Shown here: positions 47,784-63,728 of the stretch, one piece after another
Layout of the letters: every line of letters begins with the position of its first letter
Numbering within the stretch: position 1 is the stretch's first letter
Translations under genes and position numbers: made by a program
DNA from: an uncultured Chloroflexia bacterium
GTDB lineage: Bacteria; Chloroflexota; Limnocylindria; Limnocylindrales; CSP1-4
DNA length: 64,000 nt
Reading direction: 5' to 3'
Assembly (NCBI GenBank): GCA_963715245.1
Contig: CAVQRM010000002.1
Coordinates: 155,692 to 219,691 of the forward strand
Notes under the pieces: model-generated
The model's database searches: none
What the model was told of the DNA's origin: nothing
What the model saw: the letters and a program-made list of their open reading frames with translations, nothing else

Positions 47784-48645
47784 CGGTCAAGGCGGACCGC
47801 ACTCCCTCCGCGCTCGGGCGCGGGCTCTCGTCGCTGATCCCGCAGCGCGCGGCCTCCACGTCGGCAGTCGTCGACGTGGCGCTCGCCCGCGTGTCCCCGA
47901 ACCCGTACCAACCTCGACGCCACATGGACGACGAGCGGCTCGAGGAGCTCGCGGCCAGCATCCGCGAGCACGGCGTGCTCCAGCCGGTGCTCGTCACGGA
48001 GACCCTGGACGGCTACCAACTCGATCGCCGGCGAGCGACGCGTCCGTGCGTCACGGCTCGCCGGCCTGGAGCGCATCCCGGCGCTCGTGCGCCAGCTTGC
48101 CGATCGAGACCAGCTCGAGGTCGCGCTGGTCGAGAACGTCCAGCGCTCCGATCTCGATCCGATCGACGAGGCGCATGGCGTACCGCCAGCTCATCGACGA
48201 GTTCGGCCTGACCCAGGAGCGGGTCGCCGATCGCGTCGGCAAGTCCCGGGTCAGCGATCGCGAACACGCTGCGTCTCCTGGACCTGCATCCGGACGTCCA
48301 GTCCGCCATCGCGGACGGGCGGCTGACCGAGGGCCACGGCCGGGCGCTCGGCGGCCTGCCAGCGGACGGCCAGGCACACGTGCTGGGCACGGTGATCGAC
48401 CAGGGCCTCTCGGTCCGCCAGACCGAGGAGCTCGTCCGGCGGCTTCGCGAGCCTCGCCTCGGACGGGAAGCGAGGCCGGCGCCGCGGCTCGATGCTGAGC
48501 TGGAGCGAGTCGAAGCGGATCTCCGGGAGCGCCTGGGGACGAAGGTGAGCCTCAGCCGTTCGCGCAAGGGTGGGCGGATCGTGATCGAGTACTACAGCGA
48601 CGAGGAGCTCGGGCGGCTCTACGAGCGCCTGATCGGAGGAACTGC

Positions 48646-48649
<4 letters not shown>
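47780..48649 (+). CDS. parB: Chromosome partitioning protein ParB/Spo0J; 3 frame breaks (~48023, ~48175, ~48256)
   Basis: GTGA overlap with parA; ..LGRGLSSLIP..PNPYQPRR..LDGYQL|IAGERRVRA..ALVENVQRSDLDPIDEA|..YRQLIDEFGLTQERVADRVGKSR|..ANTLRLLDL.. Confidence 0.85.
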
Positions 48650-51149
<2,500 letters not shown>

Positions 51150-51153
<4 letters not shown>

Positions 51154-52130
51154 CGACGGACGTGACGGTCAGCCCCACGACCGAGCGTGCCCGCGCGTTC
51201 GTCGCGGACCATCGGGACGCCGCCACCGCACTCGGGCGTCAGGCGGGTGACCTGGTCGGCAATCCTGCCGAGCTCGTCGACACCCTCCGCGCCGGCATGG
51301 GGCGCCTCGCCGATCCCGAGTATCGCGACGGCCTGGACCGTGTTGCGCCGGGCATCGGCCCGACCCTCGGCGTGCGCCAGCCACTGCTCAGGGCCGTCGG
51401 CCAGGGGCTCCGTGCAGCGACCCGCCGGGATCGCAGCTCGACGCTGCTCGACGTCGCCCAGCACCTGCTCCGGGCAGACCTGCTGGAGCTCCAGTGGCTC
51501 GCGTTCGGGCTCCTCGAGCGGACGATCCGGGAGGACCCTGAGCGCACCTGGCAGCTGGCGCGCGCGGCCGCGCGCCGTGCGGACTCCTGGATCACCGTCG
51601 ACTCCCTCGCCCACGTGGCGGCACGCGGCATCCTCGCCGAGCCCTATCGCTGGGCCGAGCTGGAGCAGCTCGTCTATTCCCCGTCGCGCTGGGAGCGCAG
51701 GCTGGTCGGGTCTGCGATCGCGGTCATCCCGGTGACGGACCGGCGCCTCGGCCGCGAGCCGCAGATCGCGCGGCACGGCCTCGGGATCCTGCGTGACCTC
51801 ATCGGCGATGCGGAGCCGGACGTCCAGAAGGCGATCTCGTGGGCGCTCCGCTCGATGACCGTCGTCGACCTGCCGGCAACCGTCGCCTTCCTGCGCGCCG
51901 AAGCGCGCACCGCCGCCGCCACCGCGGACGGCCACCGTGCGTGGGTCGTCCGCGACAGCCTCGAGAAGCTGCCCGCGCCCGTTGCGGCGGAGCTCCGTGC
52001 CGCCGTCGATGGCGTCCGAAAGCGCCCGCATGCCCCGTCAACCTCCCGAGCGGCCGAGACGGCCGCGACCTTCATCGGCCTCGGTGTCGCCGTCCCCCCG
52101 GCGGAGCGACCGATCGTCGAGCGACCCTGA
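51150..52130 (+). CDS. HEAT-repeat DNA alkylation repair (AlkD-like) family protein
   Basis: GTGA overlap with the upstream gene; helical-repeat ORF with ..SWITVDSLA.. and ..SPSRWERRLVGSAI..DVQKAISWALR.. family-like motifs. Confidence 0.6.
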
Positions 52131-52176
52131 CCACCGACCTGCCCCGACCTGCCACTGACCGGAGGAGAGCCACCTC

Positions 52177-54747
52177 GTGACCGACAACCTGGGTGACGTC
52201 CGCGCGATCCGCATCGAGGACGAGATGCGCGTCTCGTACCTCGACTACGCGATGAGCGTCATCGTCGCGCGGGCGTTGCCGGACGTACGCGACGGCCTCA
52301 AGCCCGTCCACCGCCGGATCCTGTACACGATGGGCGAGATGGGGCTGAGCAACACCAGCTCCTACCGCAAGTGCGCCGCCATCGTCGGCGAGGTGATGGG
52401 CAAGTACCACCCGCACGGCGACGTTGCGCTCTACGACGCGCTCGTCCGCCTGGCGCAGGACTTCTCCATGCGCTACCCGCTGGTGGACGGGCAGGGCAAC
52501 TTCGGGTCGGTCGACGGAGACTCGGCCGCCGCGATGCGGTACACGGAGGCCCGGCTCACGGCGATCTCGAACGAGATGCTCGCCGACATCGACAAGAACA
52601 CGGTCGATTACCAGGACAACTACGACGGCACCCAGAAGGAGCCGACGGTCCTGCCCGCGAAGCTCCCGAACCTGCTGATCAACGGCTCGTCGGGCATCGC
52701 GGTGGGCATGGCGACCAACATCCCGCCGCACCATCTCGGTGAGGTCGCGGATGCCGTCATCGCGATCATCGAGAACCCCGAGATCACCAACGACGACCTG
52801 TGCCACATCGTCAAGGGCCCCGACTTCCCGACCGGCGCCTCGATCTTCCGGTTCGAGACCCGCCGCAACCCGCTGACGGGCGAGCAGGAGACGATCGACG
52901 CGATCCGCGAGATGTACGCGCACGGCCACGGCCGCGTGATCATGCGCGCGCAGTGCGCCTTCGAGGAGACCCGCCTCGACCGCACCGCGATCATCGTGAG
53001 CGAGCTCCCGTACCAGGTGAACAAGGCCAACCTGCTCGAGAAGATCGCCGACCTGGTCAAGGACAAGAAGCTCGACGGCATCTCGGACCTGCGCGACGAG
53101 TCCGATCGCGACGGGATGCGGATCTACATCGAGATCAAGCGCGACGCCAACCCCCACAAGGTGCTGAACAACCTGTTCAAGCACACCCCGATGCAGACCT
53201 CGTTCAACCTGAACATGCTCGCGCTCGTCGACGGCCAGCCGCAGACGCTGTCGCTCAAGAGCGTGATCACGCACTACGTCGCGCACCGCCGGGAGATCGT
53301 GCGGCGTCGGACGGAGTTCGACCTCGAGAAGGCTCGGGCACGGGCCCACATCCTCGAAGGCCTCAAGATCGCCCTCGACAACCTCGACGAGGTGATCAGG
53401 ACCATCCGCGAGTCCGCGGACGTCGAGCGGGCGCGCTCGAACCTCATGGACCGCTTCGGGCTGTCCGAGCTGCAGGCGCAGGCGATCCTCGACATGCGCC
53501 TCGCCCGCCTCGCGGCTCTCGAGCGCCAGAAGATCGAGGACGAGTACCTCTCGGTCATCCAGCTCATCGCCGAGCTCGAGGACATCCTGGCGAACCCGGC
53601 CCGCGTCCTCGCGATCATCACCGACGAGCTGACGGAGCTGAAGAAGAAGTACGCCGGCGAACGCCGCACGCGGGTCGTCGACGACTCGAGTCGCGAGATG
53701 ACCGACGAGGACCTCATCGCAGACGAGGACGTCGTCGTCACGATCAGCCGCCGGGGCTACATCAAGCGCCAGCCGGTCGCCACGTACCGCCGCCAGCACC
53801 GGGGCGGGAAGGGGATCATCGGCCACGTGACCCGCGAGGAGGATGCCGTCGAGCACCTCCTGGCCGCGAACACGCACGACTGGGCGCTGTTCTTCACGAA
53901 CAAGGGCCGCGTGTTCTCGGCCAAGGTCCACGCGATCCCGGATGCGTCGCGCCAGGCCAAGGGCATGGCGATCATCAACCTCCCGGGGGTCCAGGTGGAA
54001 TCCGGCGAGTACCCGGTCGCGACGATCTGCCTGCCGAACTTCGAGCCCGGGCACTACCTCGTCATGGCGACCCGCAACGGGATCATCAAGAAGACACCGC
54101 TGGAGCAGTTCGAGCGCGTCCGCTCGACGGGCATCCGGGCCATCACGATCGCCGACGGCGACGAGCTCGCCTGGGTCGACGTCAGCTCCGGCGAGGACCA
54201 CGTGATCATCGCCACCTCGCAGGGCATGCTGGCCCGGTTCAGCGAGCAGGAGGTCCGGCCGATGGGCCGCGACGCGGGCGGCGTCATCGGCATCCGGCTC
54301 GCCCGTCAGGGCGATTCGGTCGTCTCGATGAGCGTCGTCGAGCCCGAATCGGACCTGCTCGTGCTCACCGAGACCGGTTACGGCAAGCGTGTCGCGCTCG
54401 GCGAGTTCCGCCAGAAGCACCGCGGCGGCCAGGGTGTGCGGCTCATCGCCCTCGAGGGCAAGAAGACGGGCCTCGTCGCCGCCGTCCAGCAGGTCACGCC
54501 CGAGGACGACCAGCTCATGCTGATCTCCGCGGGCGGCCAGGTCATCCGAACGGAGACCAACTCCATCAACCGCTACTCCTCGAGCGCCCGAGGCGTGATC
54601 GTCATGCGCCTGGGCGACGGGGACAAGGTCGTCGCGATCTCCGCGTTCCAGGAGGGGCTGGCGGAGCGGGGTGCCATCGGTGACAATGACGATCCCCAGC
54701 CCGACGGCTCCGGCCCGGCAGGTCCCGGGGAGGGTCGCTCGTCGTGA
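52177..54747 (+). CDS. gyrA: DNA gyrase subunit A
   Basis: ..[45 protein letters not shown]..; intact 856-aa ORF; GGAGGAG RBS. Confidence 0.95.
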   Translation: MTDNLGDVRAIRIEDEMRVSYLDYAMSVIVARALPDVRDGLKPVHRRILYTMGEMGLSNTSSYRKCAAIVGEVMGKYHPHGDVALYDALVRLAQDFSMRYPLVDGQGNFGSVDGDSAAAMRYTEARLTAISNEMLADIDKNTVDYQDNYDGTQKEPTVLPAKLPNLLINGSSGIAVGMATNIPPHHLGEVADAVIAIIENPEITNDDLCHIVKGPDFPTGASIFRFETRRNPLTGEQETIDAIREMYAHGHGRVIMRAQCAFEETRLDRTAIIVSELPYQVNKANLLEKIADLVKDKKLDGISDLRDESDRDGMRIYIEIKRDANPHKVLNNLFKHTPMQTSFNLNMLALVDGQPQTLSLKSVITHYVAHRREIVRRRTEFDLEKARARAHILEGLKIALDNLDEVIRTIRESADVERARSNLMDRFGLSELQAQAILDMRLARLAALERQKIEDEYLSVIQLIAELEDILANPARVLAIITDELTELKKKYAGERRTRVVDDSSREMTDEDLIADEDVVVTISRRGYIKRQPVATYRRQHRGGKGIIGHVTREEDAVEHLLAANTHDWALFFTNKGRVFSAKVHAIPDASRQAKGMAIINLPGVQVESGEYPVATICLPNFEPGHYLVMATRNGIIKKTPLEQFERVRSTGIRAITIADGDELAWVDVSSGEDHVIIATSQGMLARFSEQEVRPMGRDAGGVIGIRLARQGDSVVSMSVVEPESDLLVLTETGYGKRVALGEFRQKHRGGQGVRLIALEGKKTGLVAAVQQVTPEDDQLMLISAGGQVIRTETNSINRYSSSARGVIVMRLGDGDKVVAISAFQEGLAERGAIGDNDDPQPDGSGPAGPGEGRSS

Positions 54748-55862
54748 CCGCCTTCGGCGACCGGGAGGCAGGCGTGTACGTAGACCAGTACGAGATCTAC
54801 CACGGCAACGCCAACCCGGAGCTGGCCCGGAAGATCGCACACTGGCTCGCGTCCGAGCCCGGTCAGGCCGAGGTCTTCCAGTTCGCGAACGAGAACATCT
54901 TCGTCCGCATCCTGGACAACGTCCGCGAGAAGGACATCTTCCTCGTCCAGCCGACGTCGCGGCCGGTCAACCAGTCGATCATGGAGCTCCTGATCATGAT
55001 CGACGCGTTCAAGCGCGCGTCGGCGGGCCGGATCACGGCGGTGGTCCCGTACTACGCCTATGGCCGCTCGGACAAGAAGGATCAGCCCCGCGTCCCGATC
55101 ACCGCGCGCCTGATCGCGGACATGATCTCCGTGGCCGGCGCGGACCGGATGCTGACGATGGACCTGCACCAGGGCCAGATCCAGGGGTTCTTCAACATCC
55201 CGGTGGACGAGCTGACCGCGGTCCACATGATCAGCCGCTACTTCATCGACATGCACCTCGAGGATCTCGTCGTCGTGACCGACCTCGGGTTCGCCAAGCG
55301 AGCCCGGCAGTTCGCCGAGCTGATCGACGCGCCGCTCGCCATCGTCGAGAAGCGGCGGCACGGCAACCTGGACCGGGCGGAGGTCATGAACGTCATCGGT
55401 GACGTGCGTGGCAAGCGCGCGATCATCGTCGACGACGAGATCGATACGGCCGGCACGCTCATCGAGATCACGCGCGCGCTCGAGCGCGAGGGCGTGTCGG
55501 AGATCTACGCCTGCGCCACCCACGGCGTCCTGTCCGATCCCGCCGTCGAGCGGATCGCGAACTCTGCGCTGCGTGAGGTCGTGATCACGGACACGATCCC
55601 GCTCTCGCCGTCGCGGCAGATCGAGAAGATCAGGGTCCTGTCCGTCGCGCCGCTCATCGGTGAGGCGATCAAGCGCATCCACCGTGGCGAGTCCGTGGGC
55701 GCCCTGTTCTCGTCCGAGGTCTCCTTCACCCAGGAGATGCTGCTCTGGGAGGACGGCCTGGGGCGAGCGCGCGAGGCCAGCCCCGACCCCGCGGCGCACG
55801 AGGATGCGCCCGCATCCGACGACGACGTACCATCACCGATGCCCGCATCGGCCGGCGCCTGA
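54744..55862 (+). CDS. prs: Ribose-phosphate pyrophosphokinase with an acidic/Pro-rich C-terminal tail
   Basis: GTGA overlap with gyrA; ..[38 protein letters not shown].. Confidence 0.9.
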   Translation: MTAFGDREAGVYVDQYEIYHGNANPELARKIAHWLASEPGQAEVFQFANENIFVRILDNVREKDIFLVQPTSRPVNQSIMELLIMIDAFKRASAGRITAVVPYYAYGRSDKKDQPRVPITARLIADMISVAGADRMLTMDLHQGQIQGFFNIPVDELTAVHMISRYFIDMHLEDLVVVTDLGFAKRARQFAELIDAPLAIVEKRRHGNLDRAEVMNVIGDVRGKRAIIVDDEIDTAGTLIEITRALEREGVSEIYACATHGVLSDPAVERIANSALREVVITDTIPLSPSRQIEKIRVLSVAPLIGEAIKRIHRGESVGALFSSEVSFTQEMLLWEDGLGRAREASPDPAAHEDAPASDDDVPSPMPASAGA

Positions 55863-55883
55863 CCGGCCCCCACCCGGAGACCC

Positions 55884-56147
55884 ATGAGCCTGCAGCTGCA
55901 CCGCCCCGACGGCAAGGGTGGCCTCGAGGTCCGGCCCGTCACCGACCGGAACTGGCGCAACCAGCTCCGCTCGCCCCGCTGGGGCGCGTCGCTGAAGGGC
56001 GGCAAGCTGCCGGACCTCGCCAACACCGAGATGAACCCGACGTCCACGCTGCGGTCGGTCCTGTTCTGGGTCGTGCTGGCGCTCGTGACGTTCGCGATCA
56101 TCGTGGCCGGGTACGGCTCCGGCCTGTTCTCACTGCCGCCCGCCTGA
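55884..56147 (+). CDS. Small membrane protein (single C-terminal TM), unknown family
   Basis: 87 aa; ..LRSVLFWVVLALVTFAIIVAGYG.. Confidence 0.45.
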   Translation: MSLQLHRPDGKGGLEVRPVTDRNWRNQLRSPRWGASLKGGKLPDLANTEMNPTSTLRSVLFWVVLALVTFAIIVAGYGSGLFSLPPA

Positions 56148-56189
56148 CCCGCGGAACCTGACCGGCGCGGCGGGCGTCGGGGGGACACC

Positions 56190-56450
56190 ATGCAGCGAGT
56201 CGCCATCGTCTCCACAACCCTCGGACTGGGCACGGTCGTCGTGTTCGGGGCCGCCGTGCTCGCCGCGGCGCTCTTTCCCAACGGCGGAACGGTGCAGATG
56301 GGCTGGAACGGCGGAGGCTGGGACAAGGGCATCGCCGTGCCGGCGCCCATGCCCATGCCGGCCATCGAGCCGGGTGTGATCATCGAAGAGGGCAAGGACG
56401 GCAACCTCGAGGACGACCGCTTCATCGAGACCGAGCCCGCGCTGCCCTGA
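56190..56450 (+). CDS. Small exported/membrane protein, unknown family
   Basis: 86 aa; N-terminal hydrophobic segment LGLGTVVVFGAAVLAAALF. Confidence 0.4.
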   Translation: MQRVAIVSTTLGLGTVVVFGAAVLAAALFPNGGTVQMGWNGGGWDKGIAVPAPMPMPAIEPGVIIEEGKDGNLEDDRFIETEPALP

Positions 56451-56518
56451 CGCGCGATCCCCGGCACCGGGCCTGGACGCACCCCGCTCGTCCCGCCGGG
56501 CTCCGGGCCGTCCCGCCC

Positions 56519-56524
56519 TATACT
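56519..56524 (+). promoter_or_regulatory. -10-like hexamer TATACT 9 nt before the secA ATG (near-leaderless transcript?)
   Basis: Same TATACTC string as at 60294-60300; no RBS between the hexamer and ATG 56534. Confidence 0.3.
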
Positions 56525-56533
56525 CAGCCGGCC

Positions 56534-59518
<2,985 letters not shown>

Positions 59519-59541
59519 CGTCCCGCGTCGCGTCGCTGCTC

Positions 59542-60144
59542 GTGCGCCTGCTCGTCGTCTCCGGCCTCGCGATCGGGCTCGTCGCGGGGTTCGCGTCGCT
59601 GCGCATCTGGCAGGAGGGTGAGCGCGACGACCAGCGCCCGGTCGACGCGATCGTCGTGCTCGGCGCGGCCCAGTACGACGGACGTCCGTCACCGGTGTTC
59701 GAGGCGAGACTCAGGCACGCGGTGGACCTCTACGAGGCTGGTCTGGCACCGGCGATCGTCGTAACCGGCGGCAAGCTGCCCGGTGACCGCACCACCGAGG
59801 CGGCCGTCGCCCGCGAGTACGCCATCGGGCGGGGTGTCCCCCCATCCGCGATCTTCGGCGAGGACACGGCGCGCAACACGCTCGACTCGCTGCGCGCGGT
59901 TGCGGCCGAGATGGACGCGCGTGGCCTTGGATCGGCGCTCTTCGTCTCGGACCCGACGCACATGCTGCGCGTGCTCCGGATCGCGTCGGACCTGGGGATC
60001 GAGGCACATGGCTCGCCGACCAGGACCTCGCCGGTGCAGGCCGACATCGGCCGCCGCGTCCGGGCCACCGTGCACGAGCTCGGCGCCCTGGCCGTGTACT
60101 TTGCGACGGGCGGGACGGAGGCGGTCGAGCGACCCGGGACCTGA
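59542..60144 (+). CDS. YdcF/ElyC (DUF218) family protein (start uncertain)
   Basis: N-terminal TM LLVVSGLAIGLVAGFA; ..AIVVLGAAQ..IVVTGG..FVSDPTHMLR.. Confidence 0.7.
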   Translation: MRLLVVSGLAIGLVAGFASLRIWQEGERDDQRPVDAIVVLGAAQYDGRPSPVFEARLRHAVDLYEAGLAPAIVVTGGKLPGDRTTEAAVAREYAIGRGVPPSAIFGEDTARNTLDSLRAVAAEMDARGLGSALFVSDPTHMLRVLRIASDLGIEAHGSPTRTSPVQADIGRRVRATVHELGALAVYFATGGTEAVERPGT

Positions 60145-60270
60145 CGTACCCGCGGCTGCGAGGCCCGCCTCCGCGGGGGCGCTGCACCGGATTCCGTGAA
60201 CGATCACGTCGCACGGCCCACGGGGCGCGACATTTCGCTCAATTTTGGTCACCAAACCCGGTTCAACCCC

Positions 60271-60299
60271 TTGGATTGTGCGGTACCCGCGCCTATACT
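60271..60299 (+). promoter_or_regulatory. Near-consensus sigma-70-type promoter TTGGAT-17 nt-TATACT upstream of the Cys-rich ORF/prfB
   Basis: Hexamers and 17-nt spacer read directly; implies a ~120-nt leader before GTG 60425. Confidence 0.4.
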
Positions 60300-60424
60300 C
60301 GGACCCAGTTCTTCGCCCTCAGGGACAGGCGCCGTGCCCGATCCGCGCCCCGAGCAAGCGCGCGGTGCCCCCGTTCCGAACCGTCACGCCCGATCGACAG
60401 CGAAGGACAGGAGTGAGGGAGCTT

Positions 60425-60649
60425 GTGAAGCAGGCTGAGGAAGCCCAGTTCGTGGATCTCATTGCTTGCGAACGAGACTGCCGAAACTGCAGCTATGCCG
60501 CCGCCCTCGACTGCGATGGCAACTGCGGCGTCTGCCCCCACAACTCGTACTGCCCCTGCGTGAACCCCGTCGTCGCCCGGAGCAAGACCGCCCTGCGGCT
60601 CATCGAGCTCCGTCCGATCCTGCTCCAGGACCTGCAGGTCCGCGGCTAG
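60425..60649 (+). CDS. Small (74 aa) cysteine-rich protein, unknown family, translationally coupled to prfB
   Basis: GGGAG RBS then GTG 60425; C15-x3-C-x2-C-x7-C-x3-C-x2-C-x5-C-x-C45; stop TAG overlaps the prfB GTG (TAGTG). Confidence 0.55.
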   Translation: MKQAEEAQFVDLIACERDCRNCSYAAALDCDGNCGVCPHNSYCPCVNPVVARSKTALRLIELRPILLQDLQVRG

Positions 60650-61772
60650 TGGACGCCGCGGCAATCAGGGACCTGGCCGAGCGGATCCGGTCGACCTCGG
60701 GGCGTCTTTGACCTAGCCGCCAAGGAAACGCGCGTCGCGGAGCTCGACGCCCGTGCCATCGAGCCCGGCTTCTGGGACGACCAGCGTGCCGCGCAGAAGG
60801 TCACCCGCGAGGCCGAGGGACTGCGCGAGGAGGTCACCCTCTGGCGCTCGCTCGAGAAGCGAGCCGACGACCTGACCGAGCTCCTCGACCTGCTGGCCGA
60901 CTCGCCCGATGCCGAGACCGAGGCGGATGTCGAGCGCGAGGCGCGCACGCTCCAGGCCGAGTTCGAGCGCGAGCGGACGCTTCTCCTGTTCACCGGCGAC
61001 TACGACGCCAAGAACGCCGTCATCTCGATCAGCGCGGGGGCTGGCGGCACCGAGGCCACCGACTGGGCGGACATGCTGCTGCGGATGTACCTCCGCTGGG
61101 CGGAGCGCCACCGCTTCAAGGCCGAGGTCGTGGACTCGCAGGAGGGCGAGCAGGCCGGGATCAAGAGCGCGACGATCACGGTCACGGGCCGGTTCGCCTA
61201 CGGCTGGCTGCGCGCCGAGCGCGGCGTCCACCGGCTGGTCCGGATCTCGCCCTACGACTCGCAGAAGCGGCGCCAGACGACGTTCGCGCTGATCGAGGTG
61301 ATGCCCGAGGCGGACGAGGACGTCGCGATCGAGCTCAACTGGGACGAGATCCGCGTGGACACCTTCCGCTCGTCGGGCGCGGGCGGCCAGCACGTCCAGA
61401 AGACCGAGTCGGCGATCCGCCTCACCCACGTCCCGACCGGGATCGTCGTCGCGTTCCAGAACGAGCGCTCCGCCACCCAGAACCGCGAGATCGCGATCCG
61501 CGTCCTCAAGTCCCGCCTGCTCGAGGTCGAGCTGGAGAAGCGCGAGGAGGAGCTGCGCAAGCTGCGCGGCGAGCACGTCACGGCCGGCTGGGGCAACCAG
61601 ATCCGCTCCTACGTGCTGCACCCGTACCAGATGGTCAAGGACCTGCGGTCGGGCCACGAGACGTCGAACACCGGCGCGGTGCTGGACGGCGACCTCGACC
61701 CGTTCATGCAGGCGGAGCTCGAGCGCCTTGCGACGGGGCGGCCCCCCAGCGCCGACGCCGACGGACGACTGA
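60649..61772 (+). CDS. prfB: Peptide chain release factor 2, join(60649..60708,60710..~61772) via programmed +1 frameshift; 3' end uncertain (frame stays open to 62392 as sequenced)
   Basis: ..DLAERIRSTSGRL|DLAAKETRVAELD..FWDD.. ..GVHRLVRISPYDSQKRRQTTFA..SGAGGQHVQKTESAIR (GGQ).. Confidence 0.85.
60699..60712 (+). other. prfB programmed +1 frameshift site: GGGG-cgt-CTT-TGA-C
   Basis: Same architecture as the classical AGGGGG-tat-CTT-TGA-C site (SD-like element 3 nt before the CUU slippery codon, in-frame UGA followed by C). Confidence 0.85.
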
Positions 61773-61777
61773 CGTCG

Positions 61778-62811
61778 ATGGTGGTCGCGGGCGACGCCGG
61801 CGGCGGCGGGACGGCGACCGGCGGCGTGCGCGTATCGCCCCGGTCGGGTCGACGACCTGGACGCGTGCACCGGCATCTGGCGGGCCGGGATCGAGGACTA
61901 CCAGGTCCCGCCTCAACCAGCCGGGATTGCCGGACGACCTCGGCCCGCTGCGGCGGCTGCTCGCCCACCTCGCTGGAGACCGATCCCGATCGGTTCTGGG
62001 TCGCCGTCGACGGCGGTGACGAGGTCGTCGGCTTCTGCCAGCGCCTCCGTGCGCGACGGGCTGTGGTTCCTCGCGATGCTGTTCGTCCACCCGCGAGTCC
62101 AGGCCGGCGGGATCGGGGCGGCGCTGATGGACCACGCACAGGCGGGGCGCCACGTCGACCCTGGCGGGCCCGCGGTTCCGGGGCCCGACGCGCCGTTCGA
62201 CTCCGGCATCCACACGTGGGGCATGTGCACCGACGCCGCCCAGCCCGTCTCCAACGGCCTGTACGCGCGGCGCGGCATGGTCCCCCGCATCCCGATCTGG
62301 CGCCTGTTCGGCGAGGTGCGGCGCTGGTCGGCGCTGCCGCCGCTCCCGGCGACGCTCGAGGCGGTGCCGTTCGAGAACGCCGCGGGACCTGAGCCGGACG
62401 GGGAGCGCCGGCTCCAGGCGACGCTCGACGCGCTCGACCGGCGAGGTCATCGGTGGCAGCCATGCGCTGGATCACGGGTTCCTGCGGCGGGATGGACGGG
62501 TCGGGTTCCTCGTGCGGGAGCGCGGCATCGGCGCGCAGCCGTGGGGTACGTGTACGGCTCCGGGGTCGGGCGGATGGGACCGCTGCTCGCGCGTCGACCC
62601 TGCGCTCCACCCGGCGCTCATCGGCGTCGCCGTCCGCGAGACGCCGGCGCTCGGACCGGTGGCGCTGTGGGTCCCGGGCACCGCCGACCACGCGACGCGG
62701 GCCCTGCTCGACGCCGGACTCCGCCTCGACGGGTTCCCCGGGCTCATCTGCTGGTCGCGGCGCGAGCACCCCTTCGAGCGCTACCTGCCGATCTCCCTCG
62801 CGCTGGTCTGA
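61778..62811 (+). CDS. GNAT-family acetyltransferase-like protein; at least 5 frame breaks, start uncertain
   Basis: Pieces in three frames: ..VDDLDACTGIWRAGIEDYQ.., ..RLNQPGLPDDLGPLRRLLAHL.., ..ETDPDRFWVAVDGGDEVVGF.., ..VRDGLWFLAMLFVHPRVQAGGIGAALM.., ..LWVPGTADHATRALLDAGLRLDGFPGLICW.. Confidence 0.5.
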
Positions 62812-62952
62812 CGCCCGCGGCCCAGGCCCGGCAGGATCGGACGGACGATGCTAGCCTCGCCGGGACGTGGCTCCCTTGATCGTGCCCCCGGACGGAGTCG
62901 AATCCCTCGCCGGCCCCCCGGCCCAATCGACGACCCGCCGCCGAGCATCCCG

Positions 62953-63722
62953 ATGACCGCACCGCCGAGCACGAGCCCGTCCCTGCTGGAGCGCCTCACC
63001 GGTCGCGCGCGTCCGGCCAGCGCCGACACGTCCGTCGTGGTGCTGCACGACGTCACCAAGCGCTACCCGAACGGCAAGGAGGCGCTCAAGGACGTGGACC
63101 TCGTGGTCCCCGAGGGTGACTTCGTGTTCCTCGTGGGCCCGTCGGGCGCCGGCAAGTCGACGCTCATGAAGCTGCTCATCCGCGACGAGCTGGCCACGCG
63201 CGGCGACGTCGTCATCGACGGCGCACGACCTCGCCCGGATCAAGCGCCGCCAGGTGCCGAAGATCCGGCGCAAGATCGGGATCGTGTTCCAGGACTTCAA
63301 GCTGCTGCCCCGCAAGACGGTGTGGGAGAACGTCGCGTTCGCGCTGGAGGTCACCGGCACGCCCGCGGCGCCAGATCCGGCCCGCGGTGGACCGCGTCCT
63401 CGCGCTCGTGGGGCTCACGGCGCAGGCGGACCAGTACCCGACCCAGCTCTCGGGCGGCGAGCAGCAGCGGACCGCCATCGCCCGCGCGCTCGTCCACGAC
63501 CCGCGGATCATCATCGCGGACGAGCCCACCGGCAACCTCGACCCGGTGATCAGCTGGGAGATCATCCAGCTGCTGCTCCGGATCAACGAGCTGGGCGTGA
63601 CGATCCTGATGGCCACCCACGACGCCGAGGTGGTCACGGCGCTGCGCAAGCGCGTCGTCGCGCTCGAGGATGGCCGGATCATCCGCGACGAGACCGGCGC
63701 GGGCTACCACCGTGAGGACTGA
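62953..63722 (+). CDS. ftsE: Cell division ABC ATPase FtsE; frame breaks near 63224 and 63368
   Basis: ..[10 protein letters not shown]..|..[18 protein letters not shown]..|..[28 protein letters not shown].. Confidence 0.85.
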
Positions 63723-63728
63723 CGAGGC

